Positions 52,330 through 64,000 of a stretch of 64,000 bases of DNA are shown here, piece after piece (within the stretch, counting starts at the first letter, position 1; each line of letters opens with the position of its first letter). The notes beneath the pieces were generated by a model. That model ran no database searches, had not been told where the DNA came from, and saw only the letters and a program-made list of their open reading frames with translations. The stretch is from Eledone cirrhosa (lineage: Eukaryota). Position numbers and translations under genes: made by a program. Location: assembly GCA_964016885.1 (NCBI GenBank), contig CAXHJY010000096.1:1426001-1490000 (forward strand). Direction: 5' to 3'.

Positions 52330-55300
52330 AATCAGGGGTAGATAATTTGTAAAAAATAATCAGGGGGAGATAATTTGTAAAAAAAATCAAGGGGAGATAA
52401 TTTCCAGCCGTCCAAGGGGAGATAATTTTCAGCCGTCCAAGGGGAGATAATTTCCCGCCAGCCAAGGGAAGATAATATTTAAAAAAATTAGGCGGAGATA
52501 ATTTGTAAAAAAAATCAGGGGGAGATAATTTGTAAAAAAATCAGGGGGAGATAATTTGTAAAAAAAATCAGGGGGAGATAATTTGTAAAAAAAATCAGGG
52601 GGAGATAATTTGTAAAAAAAAATCAGGGGGAGATAATTTGTAAAAAAAATCAAGGGGAGATAATTTCCAGCCGTCCAAGGGAAGATAATTTCCAGCCCTC
52701 CAAGGGGCTATAATTTCCAGCGTCCAAGGGGAGATAATTTCCAGCCAGCGAAGGGGAGATAATTTTTTTTAAAAAATCATTGGGAGATTTGTAAAAAAAA
52801 TCAGGGGGAGATAATTTGTAAAAAAAATCAAGGGGAGATAATTTCCAGCCGTCCAAGGGGAGGTAATATCTAGCCGTCCAAGGGGAGATAATTTCCAGCC
52901 GTCCAAGGGGAGATAATTTCCAGCCGTCCAAGGGTAGATAATATCCAGCCGTCCAAGGACATATTTTCCAGCCGTCCAAGGAGAGGTAATTTCTAGCCGT
53001 CCAAGGGGAGATAAATTCCAGCCTCCAAGGTGAGATAATTTCCAGCCAGCCAAGGGGAGATAATTTGTAAAAAAATCAGGGGGAGATAATTTGTAAAAAA
53101 AATCAGGGGGAGATAATTTGTAAAAAAAAATCAGGGGGAGATAATTTGTAAAAAAAATCAGGGGGAGATAATTTGTAAAAAAAAATCAGGGGGAGATAAT
53201 TTGTAAAAGAAATCAAGGGGAGATAATTTCCAGCCGTCCAAGGGGAGATAATTTCCCGCCAGCCAAGGGAAGATAATATTTAAAAAAATCAGGCGGAGAT
53301 AATTTGTAAAAAAAATCAGGGGGAGATAATTTGTAAAAAAATCAGGGGGAGATAATTTGTAAAAAAAAAATCAGGGGGAGATAATTTGTAAAAAAAATCA
53401 GGGGGAGATAATTTGTAAAAAAAAATCAGGGGTAGATAAATTGTAAAAAAAAATCAGGGGGAGATAATTTGTAAAAAAAATCAGGGGGAGATAATTTGTA
53501 AAAAAAATGAAAGGGGAGATAATATCCAGCCGTCCAAGGGGAGATAATTTCCAGCCGTCCAAGGGGAGATAATTTCCAGCCGTCCAAGGGGAGATAATTT
53601 CCATCCTTCCAAGGGGATATAATTTCCAGCCGTCCAAGGGGAGATAATTTCCCGCCAGCCAAGGGAAGATAATTTTTAAAAAAATCAGGCGGAGATTGTA
53701 AAAAAAATCAGGGGGGAGATAATTTGTAAAAAAATCAGGGGGAGATAATTTGTAAAAAAAAATCAGGGGGAGATAATTTGTAAAAAATAATCAGGGGGAG
53801 ATAATTTGTAAAAAAAAATCAAGGGGAGATAATTTCCAGCCGTCCAAGGGGAGGTAATATCTAGCCGTCCAAGGGGAGATAATTTCCAGCCGTCCAACGG
53901 GAGATAATTTCCAGCCGTCCATGGGTAGATAATATCCAGCCGCCCAAGGACATATTTTCCAGCCGTCCAAGGAGAGGTAATTTCTAGCCGTCCAAGGGGA
54001 GATAATTACAGCCGTCCAAGGGTAGATAATATCCAGCCGTCCAAGGACATATTTTCCAGCCGTCCAAGGAGAGGTAATTTCTAGCCGTCCAAGGGGAGAT
54101 AAATTCCAGCCTCCAAGGGGAGATAATTTCCAGCCAGCCAAGGGGAGATAATTTGTAAAAAAATCAGGGGGAGATAATTTGTAAAAAAAATCAGGGGGAG
54201 ATAATTTGTAAAAAAAAATCAGGGGGAGATAATTTGTAAAAAAAAATCAGGGGGAGATAATTTGCAAAAAAAATCAGGGGGAGATAATTTGTAAAAAAAA
54301 ATCAGGGGTAGATAATTTGTAAAAAAAAATCAGGGGGAGATAATTTGTAAAAAAAAATCAGGGGGAGATAATTTGTAAAAAAAATCAAGGGGAGATAATT
54401 TCCAGCCGTCCAAGGGAAGATAATTTCCAGCCCTCCAAGGGGCTATAATTTCCAGCGTCCAAGGGGAGATAATTTCCAGCCAGCGAAGGGGAGATAATTT
54501 TTTTTAAAAAATCATTGGGAGATTTGTAAAAAAAATCAGGGGGAGATAATTTGTAAAAAAAATCAAGGGGAGATAATTTCCAGCCGTCCAAGGGGAGGTA
54601 ATATCTAGCCGTCCAAGGGGAGATAATTTCCAGCCGTCCAACGGGAGATAATTTCCAGCCGTCCATGGGTAGATAATATCCAGCCGCCCAAGGACATATT
54701 TTCCAGCCGTCCAAGGAGAGGTAATTTCTAGCCGTCCAAGGGGAGATAATTTCCAGCCGTCCAAGGGTAGATAATATCCAGCCGTCCAAGGACATATTTT
54801 CCAGCCGTCCAAGGAGAGGTAATTTCTAGCCGTCCAAGGGGAGATAAATTCCAGCCTCCAAGGGGAGATAATTTCCAGCCAGCCAAGGGGAGATAATTTG
54901 TAAAAAAATCAGGGGGAGATAATTTGTAAAAAAAATCAGGGGGAGATAATTTGTAAAAAAAAATCAGGGGGAGATAATTTGTAAAAAAAAATCAGGGGGA
55001 GAAAATTTGCAAAAAAAATCAGGGAGAGATAATTTGTAAAAAAAAATCAGGGGTAGATAATTTGTAAAAAAAAATCAGGGGGAGATAATTTGTAAAAAAA
55101 AATCAGGGGGAGATAATTTGTAAAAAAAATCAAGGGGAGATAATTTCCAGCCGTCCAAGGAGAGATAATTTTAAAAAAAATCAGGCGGAGATAATTTGTA
55201 AAAAAAATCAGGGGGAGATAATTTGTAAAAAAAATCAGGGGGAGATAATTTGTAAAAAAAAATCAGGGGTAGATAATTTGTAAAAAAAAATCAGGGGGAG

Positions 55301-58300
55301 ATAATTTGTAAAAAAAAATCAGGGGGAGATAATTTGTAAAAAAAATCAAGGGGAGATAATTTCCAGCCGTCCAAGGAGAGATAATTTAAAAAAAAATCAG
55401 GGGGAGATAATTTGTAAAAAAAATCAAGGGGAGATAATTTCCAGCCGTCCAAGGGGAGATAATTTTCAGCCGTCCAAGGGGAGATAATTTCCCGCCAGCC
55501 AAGGGAAGATAATATTCAAAAAAATCAGGCGGAGATAATTTGTAAAAAAAATCAGGGGGAGATAATTTGTAAAAAAATCAGGGGGAGATAATTTGTAAAA
55601 AAAAAATCAGGGGGAGATAATTTGTAAAAAAAATCAGGGGGAGATAATTTGTAAAAAAAAATCAGGGGTAGATAATTTGTAAAAAAAAATCAGGGGGAGA
55701 TAATTTGTAAAAAAAAATCAGGGGGAGATAATTTGTAAAAAAAATGAAAGGGGAGATAATATCCAGCCGTCCAAGGGGAGATAATTTCCAGCCGTCCAAG
55801 GGGAGATAATTTCCAGCCGTCCAAGGGGAGATAATTTCCATCCTTCCAAGGGGATATAATTTCCAGCCGTCCAAGGGGAGATAATTTCCATCCTTCCAAG
55901 GGGATATAATTTCCAGCCGTCCAAGGGGAGATAATTTTCAGCCGTCCAAGGAGAGGTAATTTCTAGCCGTCCAAGGAGAGATAATTTCCAGCCGTCCAAG
56001 GGGAGATAATTTCCAGCCGTCCAAGGGGAGATAATTTCCAGCCGTCCAAGGAGACATATTTTCCAGCCGTCCAAGGAGAGGTAATTCCTAGCCGTCCAAG
56101 GGGAGATAAATTCCAGCCTCCAAGGGGAGATAATTTCCAGCCAGCCAAGGGGAGATAATTTGTAAAAAAAATCAGGGGGAGATAATTTGTAAAAAAAATC
56201 AGGGGGAGATAATTTGTAAAGAAATCAGGGGGAGATAATTTGTAAAAAAAATCAGGGGGAGATAATTTGTAAAAAAAATCAGGGGGAGATAATTTGTAAA
56301 AAAAAATCAGGGGGAGATAATTTGTAAAAAAAATCAAGGGGAGATAATTTCCAGCCGTCCAAGGGGAGGTAATATCTAGCCGTCCAAGGGGTGATAATTT
56401 CCAGCCGTCCAAGGGGAGATAATTTCCAGCCGTCCAAGGGTAGATAATATCCAGCCGTCCAAGGACATATTTTCCAGCCGTCCAAGGAGAGGTAATTTCT
56501 AGCCGTCCAAGGGGAGATAAATTCCAGCCTCCAAGGTGAGATAATTTCCAGCCAGCCAAGGAGAGATAATTTGTAAAAAAATCAGGGGGAGATAATTTGT
56601 AAAAAAAATCAGGGGGAGATAATTTGTAAAAAAAAATCAGGGGGAGATAATTTGTAAAAAAAATCAAGGGGAGATAATTTCCAGCCGTCCAAGGGGAGAT
56701 AATTTTCAGCCGTCCAAGGGGAGATAATTTCCCGCCAGCCAAGGGAAGATAATATTTAAAAAAATCAGGCGGAGATAATTTGTAAAAAAAATCAGGGGGA
56801 GATAATTTGTAAAAAAATCAGGGGGAGATAATTTGTAAAAAAAAAATCAGGGGGAGATAATTTGTAAAAAAAATCAGGGGGAGATAATTTGTAAAAAAAA
56901 ATCAGGGGTAGATGAATTGTAAAAAAAAATCAGGGGGAGATAATTTGTAAAAAAAATCAGGGGGAGATAATTTGTAAAAAAAATGAAAGGGGAGATAATA
57001 TCCAGCCGTCCAAGGGGAGATAATTTCCAGCCGTCCAAGGGGAGATAATTTCCAGCCGTCCAAGGGGAGATAATTTCCATCCTTCCAAGGGGATATAATT
57101 TCCAGCCGTCCAAGGGGAGATAATTTCCCGCCAGCCAAGGGAAGATAATATTTAAAAAAATTAGGCGGAGATAATTTGTAAAAAAAATCAGGGGGAGATA
57201 ATTTGTAAAAAATCAGGGGGAGATAATTTGTAAAAAAAATCAGGGGGAGATAATTTGTAAAAAAAATCATGGGGAGATAATTTGTAAAAAAAAATCAGGG
57301 GTAGATAATTTGTAAAAAAAAATCAGGGGGAGATAATTTGTAAAAAAAAATCAGGGGGAGATAATTTGTAAAAAAAATCAAGGGGAGATAATTTCCAGCC
57401 GTCCAAGGGGAGATAATTTTCAGCCGTCCAAGGAGAGGTAATTTCTAGCCGTCCAAGGGGAGATAATTTCCAGCCGTCCAAGGGGAGGTAATTTCCAGCC
57501 GTCCAAGGGGAGATAATTTTAAAAAAAAAATCAGGCGGAGATAATTTGTAAAAAAAATCAAGGGGAGATAATTTGCAGCCGTCCAAGGGGAGATAATTTT
57601 CAGTCGTCCAAGGAGAGGTAATTTCTAGCCGTCCAAGGGGAGATAATTGCCAGCCGTCCAAGGGGAGATAATTTCCAGCCGTCCAAGGGGAGATAATTTT
57701 TTTTAAAAAATCAGGCGGAGATAATTTGTAAAAAAAATCAGGGGGAGATAATTTGTAAACAAAATCAGGGGGAGATAATTTGTAAAAAAAAATCAGGGGT
57801 AGATAATTTGTAAAAAAAAATCAGGGGGAGATAATTTGTAAAAAAAAATCAGGGGGAGATAATTTGTAAAAAAAATCAAGGGGAGATAATTTCCAGCCGT
57901 CCAAGGGGAGATAATTTTCAGCCGTCCAAGGAGAGGTAATTTCTAGCCGTCCAAGGGGAGATAATTTCCAGCCGTCCAAGGGGAGGTAATTTCCAGCCGT
58001 CCAAGGGGAGATAATTTAAAAAAAAAAATCAGGCGGAGATAATTTGTAAAAAAAATCAAGGGGAGATAATTTGCAGCCGTCCAAGGGGAGATAATTTTCA
58101 GTCGTCCAAGGAGAGGTAATTTCTAGCCGTCCAAGGGGAGATAATTGCCAGCCGTCCAAGGGGAGATAATTTCCAGCCGTCCAAGGGGAGATAATTTTTT
58201 TTAAAAAATCAGGCGGAGATAATTTGTAAAAAAAATCAGGGGGAGATAATTTGTAAACAAAATCAGGGGGAGATAATTTGTAAAAAAAAATCAGGGGGAG

Positions 58301-59820
58301 ATAATTTGTAAAAAAAATCATGGAGAGATAATTTCCAGCCGTCCAAGGGGAGATAATTTCCAGCCTTCCAAGGAGACATATTTTCCAGCCGTCCAAGGCG
58401 AGGTAATTTCTAGCCGTCCAAGGGGAGATAAATTCCAGCCTCCAAGGGGAGATAATTTCCAGCCAGCCAAGTGGAGATAATTTGTAAAAAAATCAGGGGG
58501 AGATAATTTGTAAAAAATATCAGGGAGATAATTTGTAAAAAAAAATCAGGGGGAGATAATTTGTAAAAAAAATCAGGGGGAGATAATTTGTAAAAAAAAA
58601 TCAGGGGGAGATAATTTGTAAAAAAAATCAAGGGGAGATAATTTCCAGCCGTCCAAGGGGAGATAATTTTCAGCCGTCCAAGGGGAGATAATTTCCCGCC
58701 AGCCAAGGGAAGATAATATTTAAAAAAATCAGGCGGAGATAATTTGTAAAAAAAATCAGGGGGAGATAATTTGTAAAAAAATCAGGGGGAGATAATTTGT
58801 AAAAAAAAAATCAGGGGGAGATAATTTGTAAAAAAAATCAGGGGGAGATAATTTGTAAAAAAAAATCAGGGGTAGATAATTTGTAAACAAATATCAGGGG
58901 GAGATAATTTGTAAAAAAAAATCAGGGGGAGATAATTTGTAAAAAAAATGAAAGGGGAGATAATATCCAGCCGTCCAAGGGGAGATAATTTCCAGCCGTC
59001 CAAGGGGATATAATTTCCAGCCGTCCAAGGGGAGATAATTTCCATCCTTCCAAGGGGATATAATTTCCAGCCGTCCAAGGGGAGATAATTTCCCGCCAGC
59101 CAAGGGAAGATAATTTTTAAAAAAATCAGGCGGAGATTGTAAAAAAAATCAGGGGGGAGATAATTTGTAAAAAAATCAGGGGGAGATAATTTGTAAAAAA
59201 TAATCAGGGGGAGATAATTTGTAAAAAAATTCAAGGGGAGATAATTTCCAGCCGTCCAAGGGGAGATAATTTCCCGCCAGCCAAGGGAAGATAATATTTA
59301 AAAAAATCAGGCGGAGATTGTAAAAAAAATCAGGGGGGAGATAATTTGTAAAAAAATCAGGGGGAGATAATTTGTAAAAAAAATCAGGGGGAGATAATTT
59401 GTAAAAAAATCAGGGGGAGATAATTTGTAAAAAAAATCAGGGGGAGATAATTTGTAAAAAAAATCATGGGGAGATAATTTGTAAAAAGAAATCAGGGGTA
59501 GATAATTTGTAAAAAAAAATCAGGGGGAGATAATTTGTAAAAAAAAATCAGGGGGAGATAATTTGTAAAAAAAATCAAGGGGAGATAATATCCAGCCGTC
59601 CAAGGAGAGATAATTTAAAAAAAAAATGAGGCGGAGATAATTTGTAAAAAAAAAATCAGGGGGAGTTAATTTGTAAAAAAAAATGAGGGGGAGATAATTT
59701 GTAAAAAAAATCAAGGGGAGATAATTTCCAGCCGTCCAAGGGGAGATAATTTTCAGCCGTCCAAGGAGAGGTAATTTCTAGCCGTCCAAGGGGAGATAAT
59801 TTCCAGCCGTCCAAGGGGAG
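52330..59820 (+). repeat. Mosaic long-range copy: about 52330-55140 matches about 20765-23575, and about 55140-59820 matches about 31430-36290
   Basis: Offsets 20862/52429 and 21831/53398 (31567), 22817/54385 (31568), 31952/55662 (23710), 33341/56874 (23533), 34484/58016 and 35334/58866 (23532). Confidence 0.8.
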
Positions 59821-59821
59821 G

Positions 59822-62800
59822 TAATTTCCAGCCCTCCAAGGGGCTATAATTTCCAGCGTCCAAGGGGAGATAATTTCCAGCCAGCGAAGGGGAGATAATT
59901 TTTTTTAAAAAATCATTGGGAGATTTGTAAAAAAAATCAGGGGGAGATAATTTGTAAAAAAAATCAAGGGGAGATAATTTCCAGCCGTCCAAGGGGAGGT
60001 AATATCTAGCCGTCCAAGGGGAGATAATTTCCAGCCGTCCAAGGGGAGATAATTTCCAGCCGTCCAAGGGTAGATAATATCCAGCCGTCCAAGGACATAT
60101 TTTCCAGCCGTCCAAGGAGAGGTAATTTCTAGCCGTCCAAGGGGAGATAAATTCCAGCCTCCAAGGTGAGATAATTTCCAGCCAGCCAAGGGGAGATAAT
60201 TTGTAAAAAAATCAGGGGTGATAATTTGTAAAAAAAATCAGGGGGAGATAATTTGTAAAAAAAAATCAGGGGGAGATAATTTGTAAAAAAAAATCAGGGG
60301 GAGATAATTTGTAAAAAAAAATCAGGGGGAGATAATTTGTAAAAAAATCAAGGGGAGATAATTTCCAGCCGTCCAAGGGGAGATAATTTTCAGCCGTCCA
60401 AGGGGAGATAATTTCCCGCCAGCCAAGGGAAGATAATATTTGAAAAAATCAGGCGGAGATAATTTGTAAAAAAAATCAGGGGGAGATAATTTGTAAAAAA
60501 ATCAGGGGGAGATAATTTGTAAAAAAAAAATCAGGGGGAGATAATTTGTAAAAAGAATCAGGGGGAGATAATTTGTAAAAAAAAATCAGGGGTAGATAAA
60601 TTGTAAAAAAAAATCAGGGGGAGATAATTTGTAAAAAAAATCAGGGGGAGATAATTTGTAAAAAAAATGAAAGGGGAGATAATATCCAGCCGTCCAAGGG
60701 GAGATAATTTCCAGCCGTCCAAGGGGAGATAATTTCCAGCCGTCCAAGGGGAGATAATTTCCATCCTTCCAAGGGGATATAATTTCCAGCCGTCCAAGGG
60801 GAGATAATTTCCCGCCAGCCAAGGGAAGATAATTTTTAAAAAAATCAGGCGGAGATTGTAAAAAAAATCAGGGGGGAGATAATTTGTAAAAAAATCAGGG
60901 GGAGATAATTTGTAAAAAAAAATCAGGGGGAGATAATTTGTAAAAAATAATCAGGGGGAGATAATTTGTAAAAAAAAATCAAGGGGAGATAATTTCCAGC
61001 CGTCCAAGGGGAGATAATTTCCCGCCAGCCAAGGGAAGATAATATTTAAAAAAATTAGGCGGAGATAATTTGTAAAAAAAATCAGGGGGAGATAATTTGT
61101 AAAAAAATCAGGGGGAGATAATTTGTAAAAAAAATCAGGGGGAGATAATTTGTAAAAAAATTCATGGGGAGATAATTTGTAAAAAAAAATCAGGGGTAGA
61201 TAATTTGTAAAAAAAAATCAGGGGGAGATAATTTGTAAAAAAAAATCAGGGGGAGATAATTTGTAAAAAAAATCAAGGGGAGATAATTTCCAGCCGTCCA
61301 AGGGGAGATAATTTTCAGCCGTCCAAGGAGAGGTAATTTCTAGCCGTCCAAGGGGAGATAATTTCCAGCCGTCCAAGGGGAGGTAATTTCCAGCCGTCCA
61401 AGGGGAGATAATTTAAAAAAAAAAATCAGGCGGAGATAATTTGTAAAAAAAATCAAGGGGAGATAATTTGCAGCCGTCCAAGGGGAGATAATTTTCAGTC
61501 GTCCAAGGAGAGGTAATTTCTAGCCGTCCAAGGGGAGATAATTTCCAGCCGTCCAAGGGGAGATAATTTTTTTAAAAAATCAGGCGGAGATAATTTGTAA
61601 AAAAAATCAGGGGGAGATAATTTGTAAACAAAATCAGGGGGAGATAATTTGTAAAAAAAAATCAGGGGGAGATAATTTGTAAAAAAAATCATGGAGAGAT
61701 AATTTCCAGCCGTCCAAGGTGAGATAATTTCCAGCCGTCCAAGGAGACATATTTTCCAGCCGTCCAAAGCGAGGTAATTTCTAGCCGTCCAAGGGGAGAT
61801 AAATTCCAGCCTCCAAGGGGAGATAATTTCCAGCTAGCCAAGTGGAGATAATTTGTAAAAAAATCAGGGGGAGATAATTTGTAAAAAATATCAGGGAGAT
61901 AATTTGTAAAAAAAAATCAGGGGGAGATAATTTGTAAAAAAAAATCAGGGGTAGATAATTTGTAAAAAAAAATCAGGGGGGAGATAATTTGTAAAAAAAA
62001 TCAAGGGGAGATAATTTCCAGCCGTCCAAGGGAAGATAATTTCCAGCCCTCCAAGGGGCTATAATTTCCAGCGTCCAAGGGGAGATAATTTCCAGCCAGC
62101 GAAGGGGAGATAATTTTTTAAAAAAAATCATTGGGAGATTTGTAAAAAAAATCAGGGGGAGATAATTTGTAAAAAAAATCAAGGGGAGATAATTTCCAGC
62201 CGTCCAAGGGGAGGTAATATCTAGCCGTCCAAGGGTAGATAATTTCCAGCCGTCCAACGGGAGATAATTTCCAGCCGTCCAAGGGTAGATAATATCCAGC
62301 CGCCCAAGGACATATTTTCCAGCCGTCCAAGGAGAGGTAATTTCTAGCCGTCCAAGGGGAGATAATTTCCAGCCGTCCAAGGGTAGATAATATCCAGCCG
62401 TCCAAGGACATATTTTCCAGCCGTCCAAGGAGAGGTAATTTCTAGCCGTCCAAGGGGAGATAAATTCCAGCCTCCAAGGGGAGATAATTTCCAGCCAGCC
62501 AAGGGGAGATAATTTGTAAAAAAATCAGGGGGAGATAATTTGTAAAAAAAATCAGGGGGAGATAATTTGTAAAAAAAAATCAGGGGGAGATAATTTGTAA
62601 AAAAAAATCAGGGGGAGATAATTTGCAAAAAAAATCAGGGGGAGATAATTTGTAAAAAAAAATCAGGGGTAGATAATTTGTAAAAAAAAATCAGGGGGAG
62701 ATAATTTGTAAAAAAAAATCAGGGGGAGATAATTTGTAAAAAAAATCAAGGGGAGATAATTTCCAGCCGTCCAAGGAGAGATAATTTTAAAAAAAATCAG

Positions 62801-63145
62801 GCGGAGATAATTTGTAAAAAAAAATCAGGGGGAGATAATTTGTAAAAAAAAATCAGGGGGAGATAATTTGTAAAAAAAAATCAGGGGGAGATAATTTGTA
62901 AAAAAAATCAGGAGGAGATAATTTGTAAAAAAAATCAAGGGGAGATAATTTCCAGCCGTCCAAGGAGAGATAATTTAAAAAAAAATCAGGCGGAGATAAT
63001 TTGTAAAAAAAAATCAGGGGGAGATAATTTGTAAAAAAAAATCAGGGGGAGATAATTTGTAAAAAAAATCAAGGGGAGATAATTTCCAGCCGTCCAAGGG
63101 GAGATAATTTTCAGCCGTCCAAGGGGAGATAATTTCCCGCCAGCC
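59822..63145 (+). repeat. About 3.3-kb block, copy 2 of 48845-52170
   Basis: Same offsets and variants as copy 1. It begins at the chimeric junction GGGGAGGTAATTTCCAGCCCTCC and ends where CCATGG (63144) switches to a different block. Confidence 0.88.
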
Positions 63146-64000
63146 ATGGGAAGATAATATTTAAAAAAATCAGGCGGAGATAATTTGTAAAAAAAATCAG
63201 GGGGAGATAATTTGTAAAAAAATCAGGGGGAGATAATTTGTAAAAAAAAAATCAGGGGGAGATAATTTGTAAAAAAAATCAGGGGAAGATAATTTGTAAA
63301 AAAAAATCAGGGGTAGATAATTTGTAAAAAAAAATCAGGGGGAGATAATTTGTAAAAAAAAATCAGGGGGAGATAATTTGTAAAAAAATGAAAGGGGAGA
63401 TAATATCCAGCCGTCCAAGGGGAGATAATTTCCAGCCGTCCAAGGGGATATAATTTCCAGCCGTCCAAGGGGAGATAATTTCCATCCTTCCAAGGGGATA
63501 TAATTTCCAGCCGTCCAAGGGGAGATAATTTCCCGCCAGCCAAGGGAAGATAATTTTTAAAAAAATCAGGCGGAGATTGTAAAAAAAATCAGGGGGGAGA
63601 TAATTTGTAAAAAAATCAGGAGGAGATAATTTGTAAAAAATAATCAGGGGGAGATAATTTGTAAAAAAATTCAAGGGGAGATAATTTCCAGCCGTCCAAG
63701 GGGAGATAATTTCCCGCCAGCCAAGGGAAGATAATATTTAAAAAAATTAGGCGGAGATAATTTGTAAAAAAAATCAGGGGGAGATAATTTGTAAAAAAAT
63801 CAGGGGGAGATAATTTGTAAAAAAAATCAGGGGGAGATAATTTGTAAAAAAAATCATGGGGAGATAATTTGTAAAAAAAAATCAGGGGTAGATAATTTGT
63901 AAAAAAAAATCAGGGGGAGATAATTTGTAAAAAAAAATCAGGGGGAGATAATTTGTAAAAAAAATCAAGGGGAGATAATATCCAGCCGTCCAAGGAGAGA
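63060..64000 (+). repeat. Copy of about 6770-7712 (and about 12995-13937), offset 56,288 bp
   Basis: Offsets 7019/63307 and 7075/63363. Shared rare variants: GCCATGGGAAG, GGGGAAGAT, CAGGAGGAG and AAATTCAAGG. Confidence 0.88.

Larger units (their letters stand above)
1..64000 (+). repeat. Composite satellite DNA array of two interspersed monomer types (about 27 bp A-type and 25 bp B-type), head-to-tail, running off both window ends
   Basis: The core GGGGAGATAATTT or a close variant recurs every 23-30 bp from base 1 to 64000, always on the + strand. No non-repetitive interruption was seen. Confidence 0.99.

Noticed and set aside
55963-56742. Longest ORF (259 aa), and similar ones at 42454-43092 and 30081-30677
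   Set aside because: These are chance stop-free paths created by local indels. Sister copies of the same sequence are interrupted.
129-63674. About 190 short minus-strand ORFs (repeating LDGWKLSP, WTAGNYLP, GRLEIISP, FFYKLSPPD, FFTNYLPLI)
   Set aside because: They are the three frames of the same repeat. They overlap each other, mostly start at TTG, and switch frame with the 25-bp unit and variable A-tracts. There is no frame conservation or recognisable domain; they exist only because the minus strand has few stops.
1-64000. CRISPR-like constant repeat plus variable segment
   Set aside because: The constant part is only 13 bp and the intervening 12-15 bp segments fall into two recurring classes rather than unique spacers. 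No leader or cas genes are present.
1-64000. Direct product of telomerase or another reverse transcriptase using two templates
   Set aside because: Variant monomers and A/B order are copied in kb-scale blocks with shared point mutations, which indicates DNA-level duplication rather than fresh templated synthesis. No known telomere motif was recognised. A remote origin of this kind cannot be excluded.
1-64000. Transposon, MITE or iteron/origin array
   Set aside because: No terminal inverted repeats, target-site duplications, transposase, Rep gene or unique flanks were seen, and the scale far exceeds iteron clusters.
1-64000. Pure sequencing or synthetic artefact, or an information-bearing binary code
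   Set aside because: Hierarchically shared variants and reproducible homopolymer lengths fit natural satellite evolution. The A/B order is explained by block duplication and deletion, with no evidence of a readout.

Overview
The whole 64 kb window is one uninterrupted, single-orientation tandem-repeat (satellite) array. I see no unique sequence, credible gene, RNA gene or mobile element. It is built from two monomer types sharing a 13-bp core, GGGGAGATAATTT. Type A is GGGGGAGATAATTTGT(A)7-10TCA (about 26-29 bp, modal 27-28, AT-rich). Type B is GGGGAGATAATTTCCAGCCGTCCAA (25 bp, GC-richer). Roughly 2,400 monomers (length divided by about 26 bp) occur as alternating runs of A and B units. Runs follow strict junction rules and carry diagnostic variant monomers, forming modules of about 0.5-2 kb. 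These modules are amplified in nested higher-order repeats with offsets of about 1.97, 3.8-4.1, 6.2, 7.9, 9.5-9.9 and 11 kb, plus long-range copies at about 23.5, 31.6, 46 and 56 kb. All listed ORFs are minus-strand translations of the repeat and are treated as spurious. The architecture resembles eukaryotic centromeric, pericentromeric or subtelomeric satellite DNA, but I do not recognise the family and cannot assign organism or function. Higher-order boundaries were read by eye and from ORF-track offsets and are approximate (tens of bp).
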